A stretch of 64,000 nt of DNA, taken from contig OZ038378.1 of NCBI GenBank assembly GCA_964036045.1, forward strand, positions 129,580,001-129,644,000, given 5' to 3'. This DNA is from Eutreptiella sp. 'Long Island Sound 2002' (lineage: Eukaryota; Protista; Euglenida). This document shows positions 33,713 through 47,036 of this stretch, piece by piece. Each line of letters begins with the position of its first letter. Positions within the stretch are counted from its first letter, which is position 1. Made by a program: the position numbers and the translations under genes. The notes below the pieces were generated by a model, which worked only from the letters and a program-made list of their open reading frames with translations, was not told the origin of the DNA and did not search any database.

Positions 33713-36700
33713 CTGAAATTCGTTCAGACAAACGTTACCTCTTTGCGCGTCCATCACGAGGACGTATTCAATTTTCAGGCAGATGTGATTGGAATGGAAG
33801 AAACCCGGCTCACTGAGGCTGGGCAATGCTGCATGAGGGCAATTGCAAAAGAATGGGGCTGGGAATGCCACTGGGGAAAACCACTGGGCTCCCCAACAGG
33901 GGGCATCTGGGGAGCTCCCCAAGGAGGGGTGGGACTTTTGTTCAGGAAGGGCTGGAGTGTCCGCAAGGTTGAACCAGATCCAGACGACCCAATTGCTTGC
34001 AAGATGTGGCATTCAGGGCGCTGGCTACACACACGGGCAGGAATCGGTGCAGGGCACTGTGTGCTAAACATATGTGTGGCCTATGGCATCCCAGGCAACG
34101 AATCTTTGAACCAGGAGTTCTGGGAGCAAGTGGTCTGCTAAATGAGCAAACTAGGCAATGCTGGATGCATCCTGCTAACTGACGCAAATTTCAATTTCGA
34201 CCTGCTGCACAAAGTTCCTGCCGCGCTCCTGACGGCGCTGGCAGACGGCTGGCTGGTGGATGCCGACCGCACTTTTAGCGTTCTCCATGGCACACCATGT
34301 GCATGTGGCTTCACGACGGCAGGCAAACCCCCCAACCGCATTGACGGCCTCCTGGTCACCCCAGCGCAAGCGGGCACGTTGACTGATGTCGCGGCGCTGA
34401 AGTCTCATTCACTCCCTGGGCATGCTCCAGTGTGCTTCACTTTCTCGCTTGACGTCCCAATGCAGAAAGTTGTTAAAATGAAGAAACTGCCTCCCTTCCC
34501 CCCCCCCCCCCCCCCAGATCGGCTGAGGACACTCAGAAAATCTGTGACTCGCTGCTCCGGCCACACAAGGCTGATTGGAATGCCCTGCTGCAACAGGGAA
34601 ATGTCAATGACATTTGGGACAGGTGGACCTGGCTGGCCGAGGAAGTAGGCATGGCACTCACATGCACGCATCTTACACTGGACACCCCCAACCCCACACT
34701 CCCGTTTGCACCCAAGAGTGCCCCCCGGGGGCGTGGCACGGAGCGAATGTTGCGGGACACTACGCTAGCGCCAACAGGCTTGGCGCCCAACGGCGGCCCG
34801 CGCACGCGCATACTTTCCAAAATCACAGGGACCCTGGGAGCCCTTCGCTCGGTCATCCAGTGGCAACGTGCCCAGCTGGGCATCAGGGGCAAACGAGTCC
34901 CGGCATCCGCCACACGCAAAGCCAGCCAGGTTTTCAGGCCAGGGGTGGTGCCCAGACAGGTGGAACTATCGTGGCAGGCCGCGTGCCGCCGCATGCGCAA
35001 AACGGCGATGGCCTTTCGTGAGGACCTGCTGCTTCATGAATTTGTGGCCAGTGCCCCTGACCCCTCCCTCCCACTCATACGCCCCCTGCCAACGCTGGTA
35101 GACTGCATGTCGCTGTATGACAGCCTATGCGCACTAGGGAAGAGATATGCCCGCTATGAAGAGCGCACGCGCATTGATAAACGGAAATCCAAAATGGACC
35201 AAGCCTGGCGGGACAGGCCAAAGGAGGTTTATCAGTGGATACAGAACGAGTACCAACCTCCTCTGGTTATGCTCCCGGACCCAGACACAAGCGAACCAAC
35301 GGCGAACATCCCCCGCATGGATGAAATTCTTCATGCCTCTTGGGACCAGGTTATGCGAAAATATGCAGACACCCCAGAGCCAGACGTGCACGCTTTCGCA
35401 CAGAAGTATCATAAGTTTGTGATAAAGGGAGTGCAGATGCAGTCCACCCCTATCACAGGGTCCCGGCTCGCGAAACGCTTTAGAAAGATGGGTGTTCACA
35501 CAGCCACTGGCCTGGATGGCTGGTGTGTTTCGGATCTTTTACTGCTGCCCACCTGTCTGCTGGACATGCTGTCAGAAATTCTGTTTCTAGTTGAGGCAAC
35601 AGGAACCTGGCCCAGGGTCCTGGCGAGGGGATACGTCTCGCTGATCCCGAAAGGGGAAGGGATGATGCCGATGCAGCAGCGCCCACTGTCCGTACTGTCC
35701 CAGATCTATAGGGTCTGGGCAGGGATCAGGTTAGAGGAGTGCATGGTGTGGCAGGAACTGTGGATCCACCCGCACGCTTACGGTTTTCGCAAGAAGCGTG
35801 GCGCCACTGATGCGGCCGCCTTTATGTCCATGCTCATTGAGCTACACAAACTGATGAAAACAGTTTTGCACGGTTTTGGATTAGACTACATAAAATGCTT
35901 TGATTTGATCCCACAGTCCATTGTACTGCATATTGCACTGACGCAGGGGATGGATTTGGGCACACACAGGGCCCTTTCTGGCATGTATCGCACCCTCACA
36001 AGGTGCTTTAAAATAATGGGATGTTTGGCCAGTTTTTTCGATTGCACCAATGGCATCCTCCAGGGCTGCCCATTGAGTGTGATACTCATCAACCTCCTGA
36101 CCTCGGTCTGGAAACGGGTGCTGGATGCGCAGCAACAGGGCATCAAAGTCGCGGTACAGGCCCTCCCCCCCAGCGATCAGCCAGCGCAGGCCCTGCAATT
36201 CATCCTAACTGCCCTTGGGTATGCGGATGATACTTATGGGTTTGCAGCCGGAAGCAATACCCTCACCCCCCTGCTAGACTGCACCACTGACTGGCTTGAG
36301 GACACGGGTCAAGGGGTGAACGCGAAGAGATCTGTCGGCTTTTCGTCTGACGCCCGTCACCCAGTGAAGGCAGCACTACAGGGGGTGCCTTTCCCTATCT
36401 CTTCTGAGTTTAAGTCCCTGGGCGCGGGGGTCCGCACCACGGACGCGACTTGTTCGGGACCGCTCATCAAGAAAAGGATTTCCAGAGCCTGCAGCCTCCT
36501 GGATAGGGTGCATGGTGCTGAGGGCAATTTTGAAAGGAGATGCGACATCATCTCCACAATGATCACGGCCACTGGCCTGCACGCAGCAGAAATAGTGCCA
36601 CTTCAGCCCAAAGACCTCCTGCCCTTCGAGACTAAGGTCATGCAGACCATTTGGGGACGGTCACGGCCCGGCAGGGCCAAAGAAATCTTTTTCACCTTGC

Positions 36701-38194
36701 TGTGCAAAGGGCACCGGATTGCACCTACCTTGGTACTTAAGTATCATCGCATCCTGTGGTTATCCCAGCTGTGTCGCACCAGGGGTGCTGGACAGATCAC
36801 AGCCCAAGCCATTTGGGAGATGACAACATTTCACAAAGGCTCCGGCCCATACGGCCGAGCCATGTCCACAGCACAGGAGTGTGGCTGGGTCGCTACACAG
36901 GGATGGTGGGGATGGAAAGTGCCTGGGCGCCAGGAACCCCTCCTCCTATACGGGGATAAAAACACTATCAAGCACGAGGTGCGTGAACAGCTGCGCTCGC
37001 AAATGCTGGACAGCCTGGTTCAGAGGCGTCCCCGCCGTTTCATTACACCACATGCCGGCGCCTGGTCCAGCCCAGCATAGCGTCATTTGCCACAGAGTTA
37101 CAGCGCTCTATCCTGCGGGGCATCCTATCAGGAGCAACCTGGACAGCCCTCCGGGCCTATCAACGTGGCATGAGAGCCACATCCACGTGCCCGTATTGTG
37201 GCAATGCTCCGGAAAACGAGGAGCACGTTTTTTGGCAGTGTTCAGCCTGGAGTACGGTGCGGGACACCCACCTGCCGGGCATCAAGAAGGCGGCGGCACA
37301 GATCACAGGCCTTCCCCTCATGGACCAGTGGCCCCCATGTTTACGACTTTGTGGATTGGCCCCAGAGCTAGACACAGACAGCGTCAAGTCAGGGACAGCG
37401 CTCGCATTCATGACAGCTCTGCACAATATGTTAGTAGCCGTTTTGCAGGCCCGCAAGTTACGAGACACACAATCCCCCATGCTTTTCATGGGGTCGAGCC
37501 TCTCACAGCAGCTTCGGCAATACCCGTACCACCAACTGGTGGGACCCCACCCCAGACCGGAAGACAAAGGGTTACTTCTTCTGCGTACCCCTAAGAAGGT
37601 GAATGGCAGTGGGAAATGCCCTTTTTGGCGGACCTGCTATGCTGGCTGAGGGAACTGCACCGGGCCCCTGAACCAGGCACAGTGACGTTCTTGGAACTCG
37701 CACTGGACTTTGAGGAATTTGCGCAACGCACCCTCCCACACGCTCCACAGGCAAAATTTAAGGGCACCACCCTTTCACTGCAAGAGAGAGGCCGGGTCTT
37801 ACGACTGGTAATGGCAAATGCGCAGCGCCTGGTCACCAAAGGCCATTTGCATCCAGCACGTGTGGTCACACGCTGCAGCTCTTTAGTTCCTTTGGGGGGG
37901 GCGGCACTCTGCGGCCTGAACTGTCGCCCCTATGTCACCTGCCGCAGTGCCATGAACATGCACGTTCAGCAGTTAGCGGCATACTGTGAGCGCACGTGGG
38001 CCACCAAGGTTGGTCTCAACAGAATACACAAACTGCGCCCGTACACACATAGGCCACGCAGAACAGCGCAGGAAGTGGAGGAGCATCGACTACAGCGTGC
38101 AGTCCAGGGGAATCTGCAGTTGGGGCTGGCTCCGTCCTCGGAGCAGACCAATTTTGCCAAAGGGGGGGGGGGGCTGCTCCTCCTTTGCAGCTGA
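33713..38194 (+). pseudogene. LINE ORF2: APE endonuclease, RT and CCHC zinc finger, with stops and frameshifts
   Basis: QTNVTSL, GMEETRL, LTDANFN, NRIDGLL, GHAPV (APE). GLDGW, QRPLSVLSQIYRVWA, LDYIKCFD, GILQGCPLS, GYADD (36220-36231). CPYCGNAPENEEHVFWQC. Breaks at ~34139, ~34500 (poly-C), ~34648, ~37050 and ~37600. Confidence 0.92.
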
Positions 38195-38984
38195 TTTCTT
38201 CCCTGTGATAGGGGATGGGAAGCTCCCACAGCGCCCCTACACCGGGACACGCAGGCGCGCAAACACACACAGGGCGCCACCACCGGCGCCGCCGGCTGAT
38301 CCGTCAAACTGTGCCCACTGCATGGCCTGCCACCGTGCCCGAGGTGCACACTCAAGCAAAGGGGAGTGCGCCACTGCTGTCAGCGGGGACACCATAAAGT
38401 GTGCACCCCAGTGCCTGCGCGCCGGAAGCGCCCACTTGCTGCACATGCACAACTGCCCCACAAACGACCACGCTTGCAAGGGCCTGCACGTATCTCTACG
38501 GGTCTGCTGAGCTCCCCACACCAACCCCCCACCCCTCCAGCCCCCAAACGCAGGAGGCCGAAAACACCCCCCCCTCCGTCCCCACCAGCCCCAGTTCCAC
38601 GGGGGCTGGAGGAGACCGTGGCCGAGGATGTCGCCCGCCCGCTTTTCGTGACGAGGCACGGGAGAGCGAACACTCTGGATACCTAGCCAGCAAAATACAG
38701 AGGTTCTGATTCCGCAGAAGGGAGGGAAACAACGTCACAAAGAGGCCTCAACAGACCTGAGCCAAATGAGGCGTCAAGCCCAACGCTGCACAAGGATCCA
38801 CCTCTAAAAGTACAGATCACACACACACACACACACAATGTCCACAGATGGCAATATGCATGCGCTCCGTGGTTGGAACTATCTCTTCAGTAGTAGCACA
38901 CACATATTCTACAACTCATTTGCTAATTGCAGGTTATGTCTTTTTGACACTGTGGAGCTTCTACTCGTTGCCTTTGGCATTGTG

Positions 38985-38986
38985 TT

Positions 38987-39037
<51 letters not shown>

Positions 39038-39420
39038 GGTCACGGAGAACCAGTTGCCACCCCAGCCCCTTTCACCCCCTCCCAGCACATGAGCCCCAGC
39101 GGCACCCATGGGTTTCTCACCCCGGCGTCCGCCAACAGCACACCGGACTGGCCCAGTGGGGCCTCCGCACAGGGAAGCACGGGAGTACGGACCAGGGATG
39201 CGGGACGCGGTAGGAATACGAGCCCCATTCCCTCTTGTTGCATGTTGCGTGTCCTCTCACCCCAGTTCAGGAAGCCCGGCGACAGGGCACCAGAACTCAT
39301 GGTTTGGTCGCATCATTGTTGAACCTCGCAGTTTGAGCATGATTCGAAAGAATTGGGCGTCACACACACACACACACACACACACGCACGCACACGCACA
39401 CACACACACACACACACATT
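38985..39420 (+). repeat. Two (CA)n microsatellites bracketing a ~320-bp GC-rich segment (possible 5'-truncated retroposon)
   Basis: (CA)n at ~38985-39032 and ~39360-39420. Confidence 0.6.
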
Positions 39421-40909
39421 CACAGGTATATAGAAAACCGGGTATAGGTTTTTGTTCGAAAAAAGTTTTCTCTCATTTTTTAACCCACAGCAAAAGGAAG
39501 TTTATCATCATTTTCTACTCAGTTTGGCTTCAAAGCTAATCAAAAAGTACTGCTCTTTTTATCCTAATAGTTGATGGTCAAAATGTGTGATTTTGTTGGC
39601 AAGCCCAACAAATTCACACATGTCAACAGGACCGGGGATGTAGGATGGCCGAGCCCTAGCCGCGTTGGGGTCCCAAGATGGGACGCGAACCACTCACACT
39701 TGCCACAATCATATAGTTGCTTCCAAGATCGGGGTTCATTGGACTTTTGCCGAACTAATATACTAATATACCCTTGCAAACCCATCCCCATACCCATACC
39801 ATGTGTGAGAAGAGGCGGTATAGTGGTGCACTACGTATTTTGGCAACCCGCCAGCCAGCCAAGGGGGGGGGTCCAAAGCCTCCCAGCCACCGAGATGCGG
39901 CTAGGCGCAGCTCCAAAGCAGGGGCAGAGGCTGCATAGCCCAAACCATCTTGGGATCCACAAAGCGGGGAAGACAAAACAAGCCTCCTTGCCGCATGCTG
40001 TCTAAAAGTCCCTGCCGCAAGGAGGAATCAAAAATGCTACTTTGGGCTTTGGGCTTTGGGACCCTTAAGATGGTAGGGGTTATGTGTGCTGCATGCAACA
40101 GCGGGGGGGGGGGGGTATGGGGTACGTGATCCGGATTAGTTTTGTTCCAAACACTCGGCGGTTGAGGTGGAGGGGGGGTTGAGGACAGCTTGGGCATCTG
40201 CTTTGACGTTGATGGCTGTATCACACATGATCTCGCCCAATCTCGCCCAAATCTCACGCATCTAAAATTGCTAGCCGGTGGTCCTCTGGCTAGTTTTGCA
40301 CTTGTCTTCGCCGCAGTGGTCGTTTGCGCTTTGGCTGTATACTCCGGCTCCGGCACTTCGACAAATCTGTAGAGCACTTGCCACACAGACTAGGCCCAGA
40401 TGCGTCTTGCCTTTGGGGCTTTAGCGGCTTTAATTTTTCCACAACAGATGAAGTCAGCCAGGATGTCGCGTTGCCACATCCATGACAAAGGTGCAGTGCC
40501 CAGCTGCTGCACAGCCGACCACCCAAACAGAGGTGCACATGGCCCCCTCAACTCAGCGATCCCATGTTCGAGCGCATCGATTTCACGCTCTTCTGCCGGA
40601 GGCCGAGTGCGATCACTCACAGAGCCATGCGCTCCCATTGCACCAGTACCGACTAGAGACTCTCGAGTGCGTTTTGAGACATCAAAGCGGCTTGTTGCAT
40701 GTCATTCATAAAGAGCTAAACAAAGCAGCATTGTCGGGGTGTCCAGTGCACCAACGGCCCATTTAAGTACAGTAACTACACCTTGAATATCGAGGCCGTC
40801 GATGAGTAGGCATGTGTGGTATTGGGTAAGTGAATTGTCATCGATTGCACATCGAAGGTGGCAGTGTTGTAACGGTCACCTTACAATTGCACCATTTCAC
40901 TTCAAAAAT

Positions 40910-40940
<31 letters not shown>

Positions 40941-40989
40941 GTTTGCTGCCCCTCACCCCGTGGCAAAACTAAAAATATTTGCACAACTT

Positions 40990-42250
40990 TAGTTGTGGCA
41001 CGCCCGTACCAAACCCCCAGGGGGCAACCCTGTTACCCCAACGCCCTTCCTCAACCGGGGGCATGGGTGTATCCACTGCTAGAGGGGGGGGCGGGCTGAA
41101 CCCGTACACAACCCCTATGGGGCGTCCTTATCCCCTCTCGGCCCTACCTCAACCGGGGGACTCAGATTCGTCGCCATTGGGGAGGTGTATCACACCCTTA
41201 CCAAACCCCCACGCGCCCCTATCCCCTCATGGCCAATGCAAGGCCGAGGGGACTCGGGTGTATCGGCCATTAGAGGGTCATGTCAAACGCGTACCATAGC
41301 CCCAGGGGGCGTCCTTTTACCCTCACGTCTTGAATCGGGTGGAAGGGCCGTGACGGTATAGGGGCAACCGGTGGGGGTTTGGTAAAGGTGTGACACAACT
41401 TCCCAACGGCCGACAAACCTGAGTTACCTCGGCCTAAGAAGGGCCGTGAGGAGATAGGGGAGCCGGGAGGGGTTATAGAGTGTGTGTGACGCGACCCTCC
41501 AACGGCTGAAACACCCCAGTCGCCGCAGTCCAGGAAGGGCAATGAGAGGACGGAGTTGCCCTACCCACATGACGTCCCTTTCCCTCAGGGCCTCGGGGCA
41601 TTTCTCGTACTTGGGGGCTCGGTGTTTCCGCTGTTAGGGCCTTGTTTTTGACTTCTACCAAACCCTTATGGGGTGCCGCTATCCTCTCAAAGCCCTTCCT
41701 CAACCTGGGGGACTCCGCTCCATCTCCACTAACGGCTTGTGTCAAATCCGTGCCATAGCCCCATGGGGCATCCCAATCCCCTCACAGCCCTTCCTCGATC
41801 GGGGGAACTTTGGTGTATCTGCTGCCGGAGGGTCGCATCACACCATACCATACCCCCATGCGGCGTCCCCATCCCCTCACAGTCCTTACTCCACCGGGGG
41901 GCGTTTGGCGCATCTGCCACTGTGGGGTTGTGTCACACCCTCACTACGCCCCCCAAGGGGCACGGCCCTTCTGTGACCGGGGAACATCGCCTATATCCGC
42001 TATTGGAAGACTTGGGTGCATCCGCGCTTGGGGGGTTCTATCTCAAGCGCAACAAACCCCCGGGGGTGTGCATATCCTCTCACGGCGCTTTCTCGATCGG
42101 GAGGATCCGGGTGTCTCCGCCCTTGGGGAGTCGTGTCTCATCCGCACCAGACCCCCAAGGGGCGTCCCTATACCCCCACGGCCCTTGGTCCGCCGGGGAA
42201 CTCAAGTGTACCCACCGTTGGGGCAATGGTTTTCACCTGGGGGCTAGCAC
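40990..42250. repeat. Degenerate ~95-bp tandem array with an internal inverted block (~41340-41640)
   Basis: aaacccc/atagcccc...gggc(g)tcc...cccctca anchors at ~41011, 41110, 41202, 41296, 41660, 41755, 41850, 42054 and 42149. 41341-41640 is the reverse complement of the unit. Confidence 0.75.
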
Positions 42251-43476
42251 CTACACTCTTGGGTGGGTGTAGCGGTTGCTGACGGCTACCTAAAAAACAT
42301 GTCGGGGCTTGGAGTCACAGGAGAAACTTTGCCCTGGATCTGCCAGCCTCTGAGGTGTTCATGTGTCCATTGTCCGTTTGAGGCCCTCCGGCCTAATTGC
42401 ATTATGTTCTATCTTGTAGCAAGTAGTAATAGCGGCGACCCTCCTCCGCTTGCCTAACAAGGACCATAATGCGCGGAGGTGAGTCACGAAACCGAACATA
42501 GGTCACGGAGGATTGAACTCCAAACAACCGAAACCTAGGATGCCCTAGACCTGTTAGTGTGGTCAAGGTGCGTTACGGTCCTATCACAGATTTTTAGGTG
42601 GCCCCCAACCCTTTGGAGAGGGCCCCGTACCGCGGCCAATTGAGTCCAAGTTTGTGGCCATAGCATGACTCCACAGGGCCTTTACCATATGTTGTCGCAT
42701 GGTGGTTTCTTCAAACAAGGGGCACACACACCAATTCAATTGTGAAAGCATGCGGGCCCGGCCCCCCTCTACTCATTCGCCGTCTGCTACCGTCTCACAA
42801 CCCAATCCAAGAGACTCCGCCACAACCGGTCCAATACCAGAGCCACAAAAAGGAGGAGCCGAGCCCTCACAAAGAAAATGTAGGCGGAGCGTGAATGGGG
42901 CACACAATGAGTAATTCATGGATCGCCCCCGCCCCCCCCCCGTCACAAAGACCACACTCCAGAGCGCGACAAGCTGGTGGGCCGGCTCCCCACAAAGTTC
43001 TCCGCCTCTGCGTCCACCCTTTCAATGAGCCACCCATGCAGCCCTTGACCAGTGTGCACACAGAGGGCCCCACATCAAGAGCCAAGATTAGGCCACCATG
43101 ACATCTCGAAGGATCCCACTCCACTGATGATCCGTAGGAATAGAGACTGGGTCGGGTCACGTGGGTAGGGGAGCACAAAGGCTGGATGCGGGCCGGGTGA
43201 CAGGGGAACGCGGCAACCACTCACTAGCCGCAACCCCCTTGTGGAACCCATTGTGCCCCATCGTGACTCCGCCACACTTGCCACAATTGCCACCGAGGGA
43301 TGGGGAATTCGATTTCACGGCAACGCGGCGCCCCAAGTTGCGTGGTAGCCCACGCCCCCCCGTTAGGTTACACCCCCACACCACGGTGGGTCGCATGCTC
43401 GTACGCAGCCGTAGGTGAACAAATCGTCTTCAAAAAAAATTTTGAAGGTTTCGCAAGCAACACAAAATTGATACTA

Positions 43477-43719
43477 AAGCAAAACGGTACTTGAATGATC
43501 CATGAATCAATTGTGCATCACCGCCGCTCCGATTCCGGTCTGTGTGTCCTCTTTGTTATCGCAACAAACTGATCCACTAGAGCATGTGCCTCTTGTTGTA
43601 AGTGCAGTCATGCAATTGGAGAACTGAAGCAAAACGGTACTTGAATGATCCATGAATCAATTGTGCATCATTGCCGCTCCGATTCCGGTCTGTGTGTCCT
43701 CTTTGTTATCGCAACAAAC
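43477..43719 (+). repeat. 93-bp near-perfect direct repeat, 150-bp spacing
   Basis: 43477-43569 vs 43627-43719 (aagcaaaacggtacttgaatgatcc...gcaacaaac). Confidence 0.92.
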
Positions 43720-46700
43720 GCCGCCCGGGGCTGCTTTGGCCGCAAGAGTTCAAGGTGAGTTTAGCCACGTCCGAGGCTAAACGCTGTATATGGCGTTTAG
43801 TACCGGTCGTACGTATAAGGCAAGTAGCCCACCATGGTATCCGTGCACGAAGTGCAATCAAGTGCACCGCGGCTGGCAGGTTTTTCAGCCAGTGTTTTGG
43901 GGCCAAGACATGATGGAGTTCACGGATGGTGCTCGGTTCGGTGAGCTCCAACCGCACGGCTCAGTGTGCTCCTCGCCGCTGCGCATGTTGAGCCTTCAAC
44001 TGAGCAAGGGGCTATTGGAGCAACCACACCCGCAGAGTCCGCTCATGAATTGCGGGATCTTGCCACCAAATTTGTGACGCCCAGAAAGTTTACCCGGCAC
44101 GATGTGACCTGGTCCTGGCTTTTCACAATTGGGCCGTGGTTAGGCTCAAACTGCTGTGTATGACACCTGATTGGACCGGCGAAAGGCACACCTTCACCTC
44201 ACAAGGGCATGTGATTGCCCACAACCCCGAGTATGCCCTCTTGGGGGGCCTCTACGCAGGCGCCATGTTGATAAATTGCCATGATGTTGCGGGCCAAGGC
44301 GGTGGCAAGACACCGCTAAGGCCAACACGAAGAGTGGCACCCGCATGGGTGGCATCCGCTTCTGTGGGGCGGAGCTTGCGCACCTCCGGCCGGTAGGGTG
44401 CGGCAGTGAGGAACTTGCATTTCCCCACACGGGACGCGGGAGACCTTAGGGAGAGGAACACCGCGTAGAAGTTGTAGGTGGGGTTGGCACCTGGGTGCTC
44501 AAGGTGAAAAATTGCTTTGATGATGTCTGTGTCAACCAACCGAGCTGTTGCCTCCACCCCGGCCCCCAACAACAACACCGGGTGCCAAGATAGCACCTCT
44601 TCTTGATCGAAAGTACCTGTGAAGTCTTTTGCTATTGCTGAGGCTGGGGTCGAGATGAGTTGCATTCTTGACCATGTGCTAGTGTTGCTTGTCGGGTGTC
44701 CACTAAGTAAACATAACTGCTCGGTGTGTGATACCAAGGGGGGAAGGCATGCATGCCATGGTGCCTCTGTGTGGATAACGTGGCAAGCATATCCCCTTGG
44801 TACAGAGCAACTCATTAAAACCCTTGACCGGCCGCACGGTAGGTGAAGCCGTCTATCATAGAGATGCGGTACTCTGGGGACAATACCGAAAAAGGTGACA
44901 TATAGCATTCGGAAACATTGCACTCTCTGAGGGGGCGACGGTGGAGGGTTAGGGGACATGGCAATGTGATCGAGCTACTTTGCCAGGTTTGGGGAAACAA
45001 TGGTTGACAAGGACCCATGGTATAGTTCCCCAAACCCAGCAATTTTTCACCGCAATGTGTCAACAGCTTTCTTCAAAACTACCCCATCTATGGTTGTCCA
45101 GGTGGTGGCCTTCTAATGCCACCGTTGCGGCAGTTTTGAAGACCTCCTTTGTCATCACCACCTTGCACAAAAAAAAAACATTCGTCAGACTGCTTGAGGA
45201 TTTTCTCTTTCCCGTGATCAAAGAGCTTTTCGATCTTCAGCCATGTGGGCTGACACTCTGTGCCCCACAAAAGCACTTGGACCAGTGTAGCCGAACGCAT
45301 TGGCAAACGTGTTGGCCACCGGGATGGCGGCCCTGTCATCATGGAATGCGAGATGGGATGTGGCATACGGTGGGGGGTCGGGCAAGGCTCCAGTACGCGG
45401 GCGGGTGGGGGAGGGGGGGGGGTGATGCTAGGGTAGGGGCCCCAAGCCTCGATTCTAGGCTTGGCTGGTGGTGCTTTATAGGGTGGGGGTTGTGAGGTGA
45501 GACAAGGGGTGCTCAAGCATCACCCAAGGATGCGTGGGGGTGATGCCAAGGTCATCGCATCACCTTGCTTGCCAAATGTGCCACGCCGCAGGGAAAGATG
45601 GGGAGTCTTCCATGTCACGAGTGTGAAAACCCTGCAATGTGATCGTATCTCAACCGAGGGGGATTGTTACTAAGTCATTGATTGGGTAGGCGCTGCACAC
45701 CTCCTCCTTGGGGTGTCCTTGCCCATGACCCGCCAAAATACTCAGACGATATTGAATAGTCTTTTCCCCTACAGCTAACTTAACACGTAATACATTTGGG
45801 ATGAGCCCTTGCAACCTGATCCAGAGGTGTGTGCTCCAACCCTTCTAGCGATAGTGGCCCTCATGGCCCTTAGCCAACCGCGTGTTAATTTACGTTCGCA
45901 CTAGGGGTGCCTGCTGCTGTCCCCGCTACAAAATGGACCCTAGGGAGAGGTGGTCACAGGAGTGCGTGGCCTCCTCGAAGTTGTGTTGGAGGATGGGGCG
46001 GAAGTTGTGGGGGTGGGTGTTGTCGGAGTTGTTCAGCAAGAACCATAGGTGCAGGAGGTGCTGAAACATGGCCAGAAGGAAAGCTATGTTCAACAGGGGA
46101 AGGAATGTGAGAGTTCTGGGAAATTCATGTGGTATTCGCGTCCAAATCGTGCAAAGTCATGCAAAATTTGTGCATAATTTGCACTCTTCTAAATCATGTG
46201 AACTCATTTGCGAATGTACATTTGAATCTGAGTTTGAGTGTAATTATTTGTAGACCGGGGTGTGAATGTGATTGATGTACCACGAGGTATTTTTGAAGGA
46301 CATAATTGTTGTCTTGATTTTTTTTCTGTGAAGAAAGCACGGCAAACGGCCACAATGGCAAGGCACAATGACTAGTGGCCAGGTTCGCCGTGCAATATCG
46401 CGGGGTTCCGAAAGACAATGTGCTCGCAACATACCTGATCGAGACACCTCGCTATAGAAGGAAAGAAGTTCGCCATGCTTCGTGGCACCATTAGTGCGGT
46501 GTGCCTCTTTGAGAAGCTGGCAATCTCATCACCAACAGTGTATAAGCTACATTGGGCCATGGCTATAGTAAATTCCATGACGGCAATGGCGTTCACGAGG
46601 GCAATTGAAGACATCATCTGAGGATGCAATGGGGATGCGCTGTAACTGTAACAAACACTACCAGCACAAGTAACACAAGCATGCCCGGGAGTCTCACTTG

Positions 46701-46775
46701 ACGGCATGCGGACAATGCTTGGCAGCGGCTGAGGCTCTATTGATACCATTTCTTCATCGTCATCCTCGAAGTCAC

Positions 46776-47036
46776 GGAAGGAACGACAAAAGACTATGCA
46801 GAGTGCCAAAATCATAAAGCGTAAGAAGACGGGCTTTAGAGTCGTTGATCGACACCGGGAATTTTAGTCCAAGAAGCAGCAAAAGTGGATTGATTTTTCG
46901 ACCCCCCGGACGTGCCATGCCCGGGGAAGGAACGACAAAATACTACGCAGTGTGACAAAAACGTGAAGCATGGGAAAATGGACGTTAGAGTCGTTGATGG
47001 ACGCCGGGAATTTTGGTTCAAGAAGCAACAAAAGTG
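46776..47036 (+). repeat. ~112-bp diverged direct repeat, 149-bp spacing
   Basis: ggaaggaacgacaaaa...ttagagtcgttgat...gggaatttt...aagaagc(a)...aaaagtg at 46776 and 46925. Confidence 0.85.

Larger units (their letters stand above)
31718..38817 (+). mobile_element. Full-length APE-type non-LTR retrotransposon (LINE) inserted in a (CA)n tract of host intron 2
   Basis: ORF1 plus ORF2 (APE-RT-zinc finger). Flanked by atcacac(g/a)cacaca... at 31690-31717 and 38816-38837; the TSD length is ambiguous within the microsatellite. Confidence 0.92.

Noticed and set aside
33386-37567. Antisense and alternative-frame ORFs over the LINE and MULE coding regions
   Set aside because: They are shadow ORFs of GC-rich coding sequence with no domain motifs.
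43120-43150. CTGATGA followed by a short stem as a hammerhead ribozyme (also the ctgatgag hits at ~22154, ~49004 and ~52192)
   Set aside because: There is no downstream GAAA core or flanking stems I and III.
46372-46815. CLDQVCCEH as a SWIM finger of another MULE
   Set aside because: The CxC spacing is incomplete and there are no MULE DDE motifs nearby.
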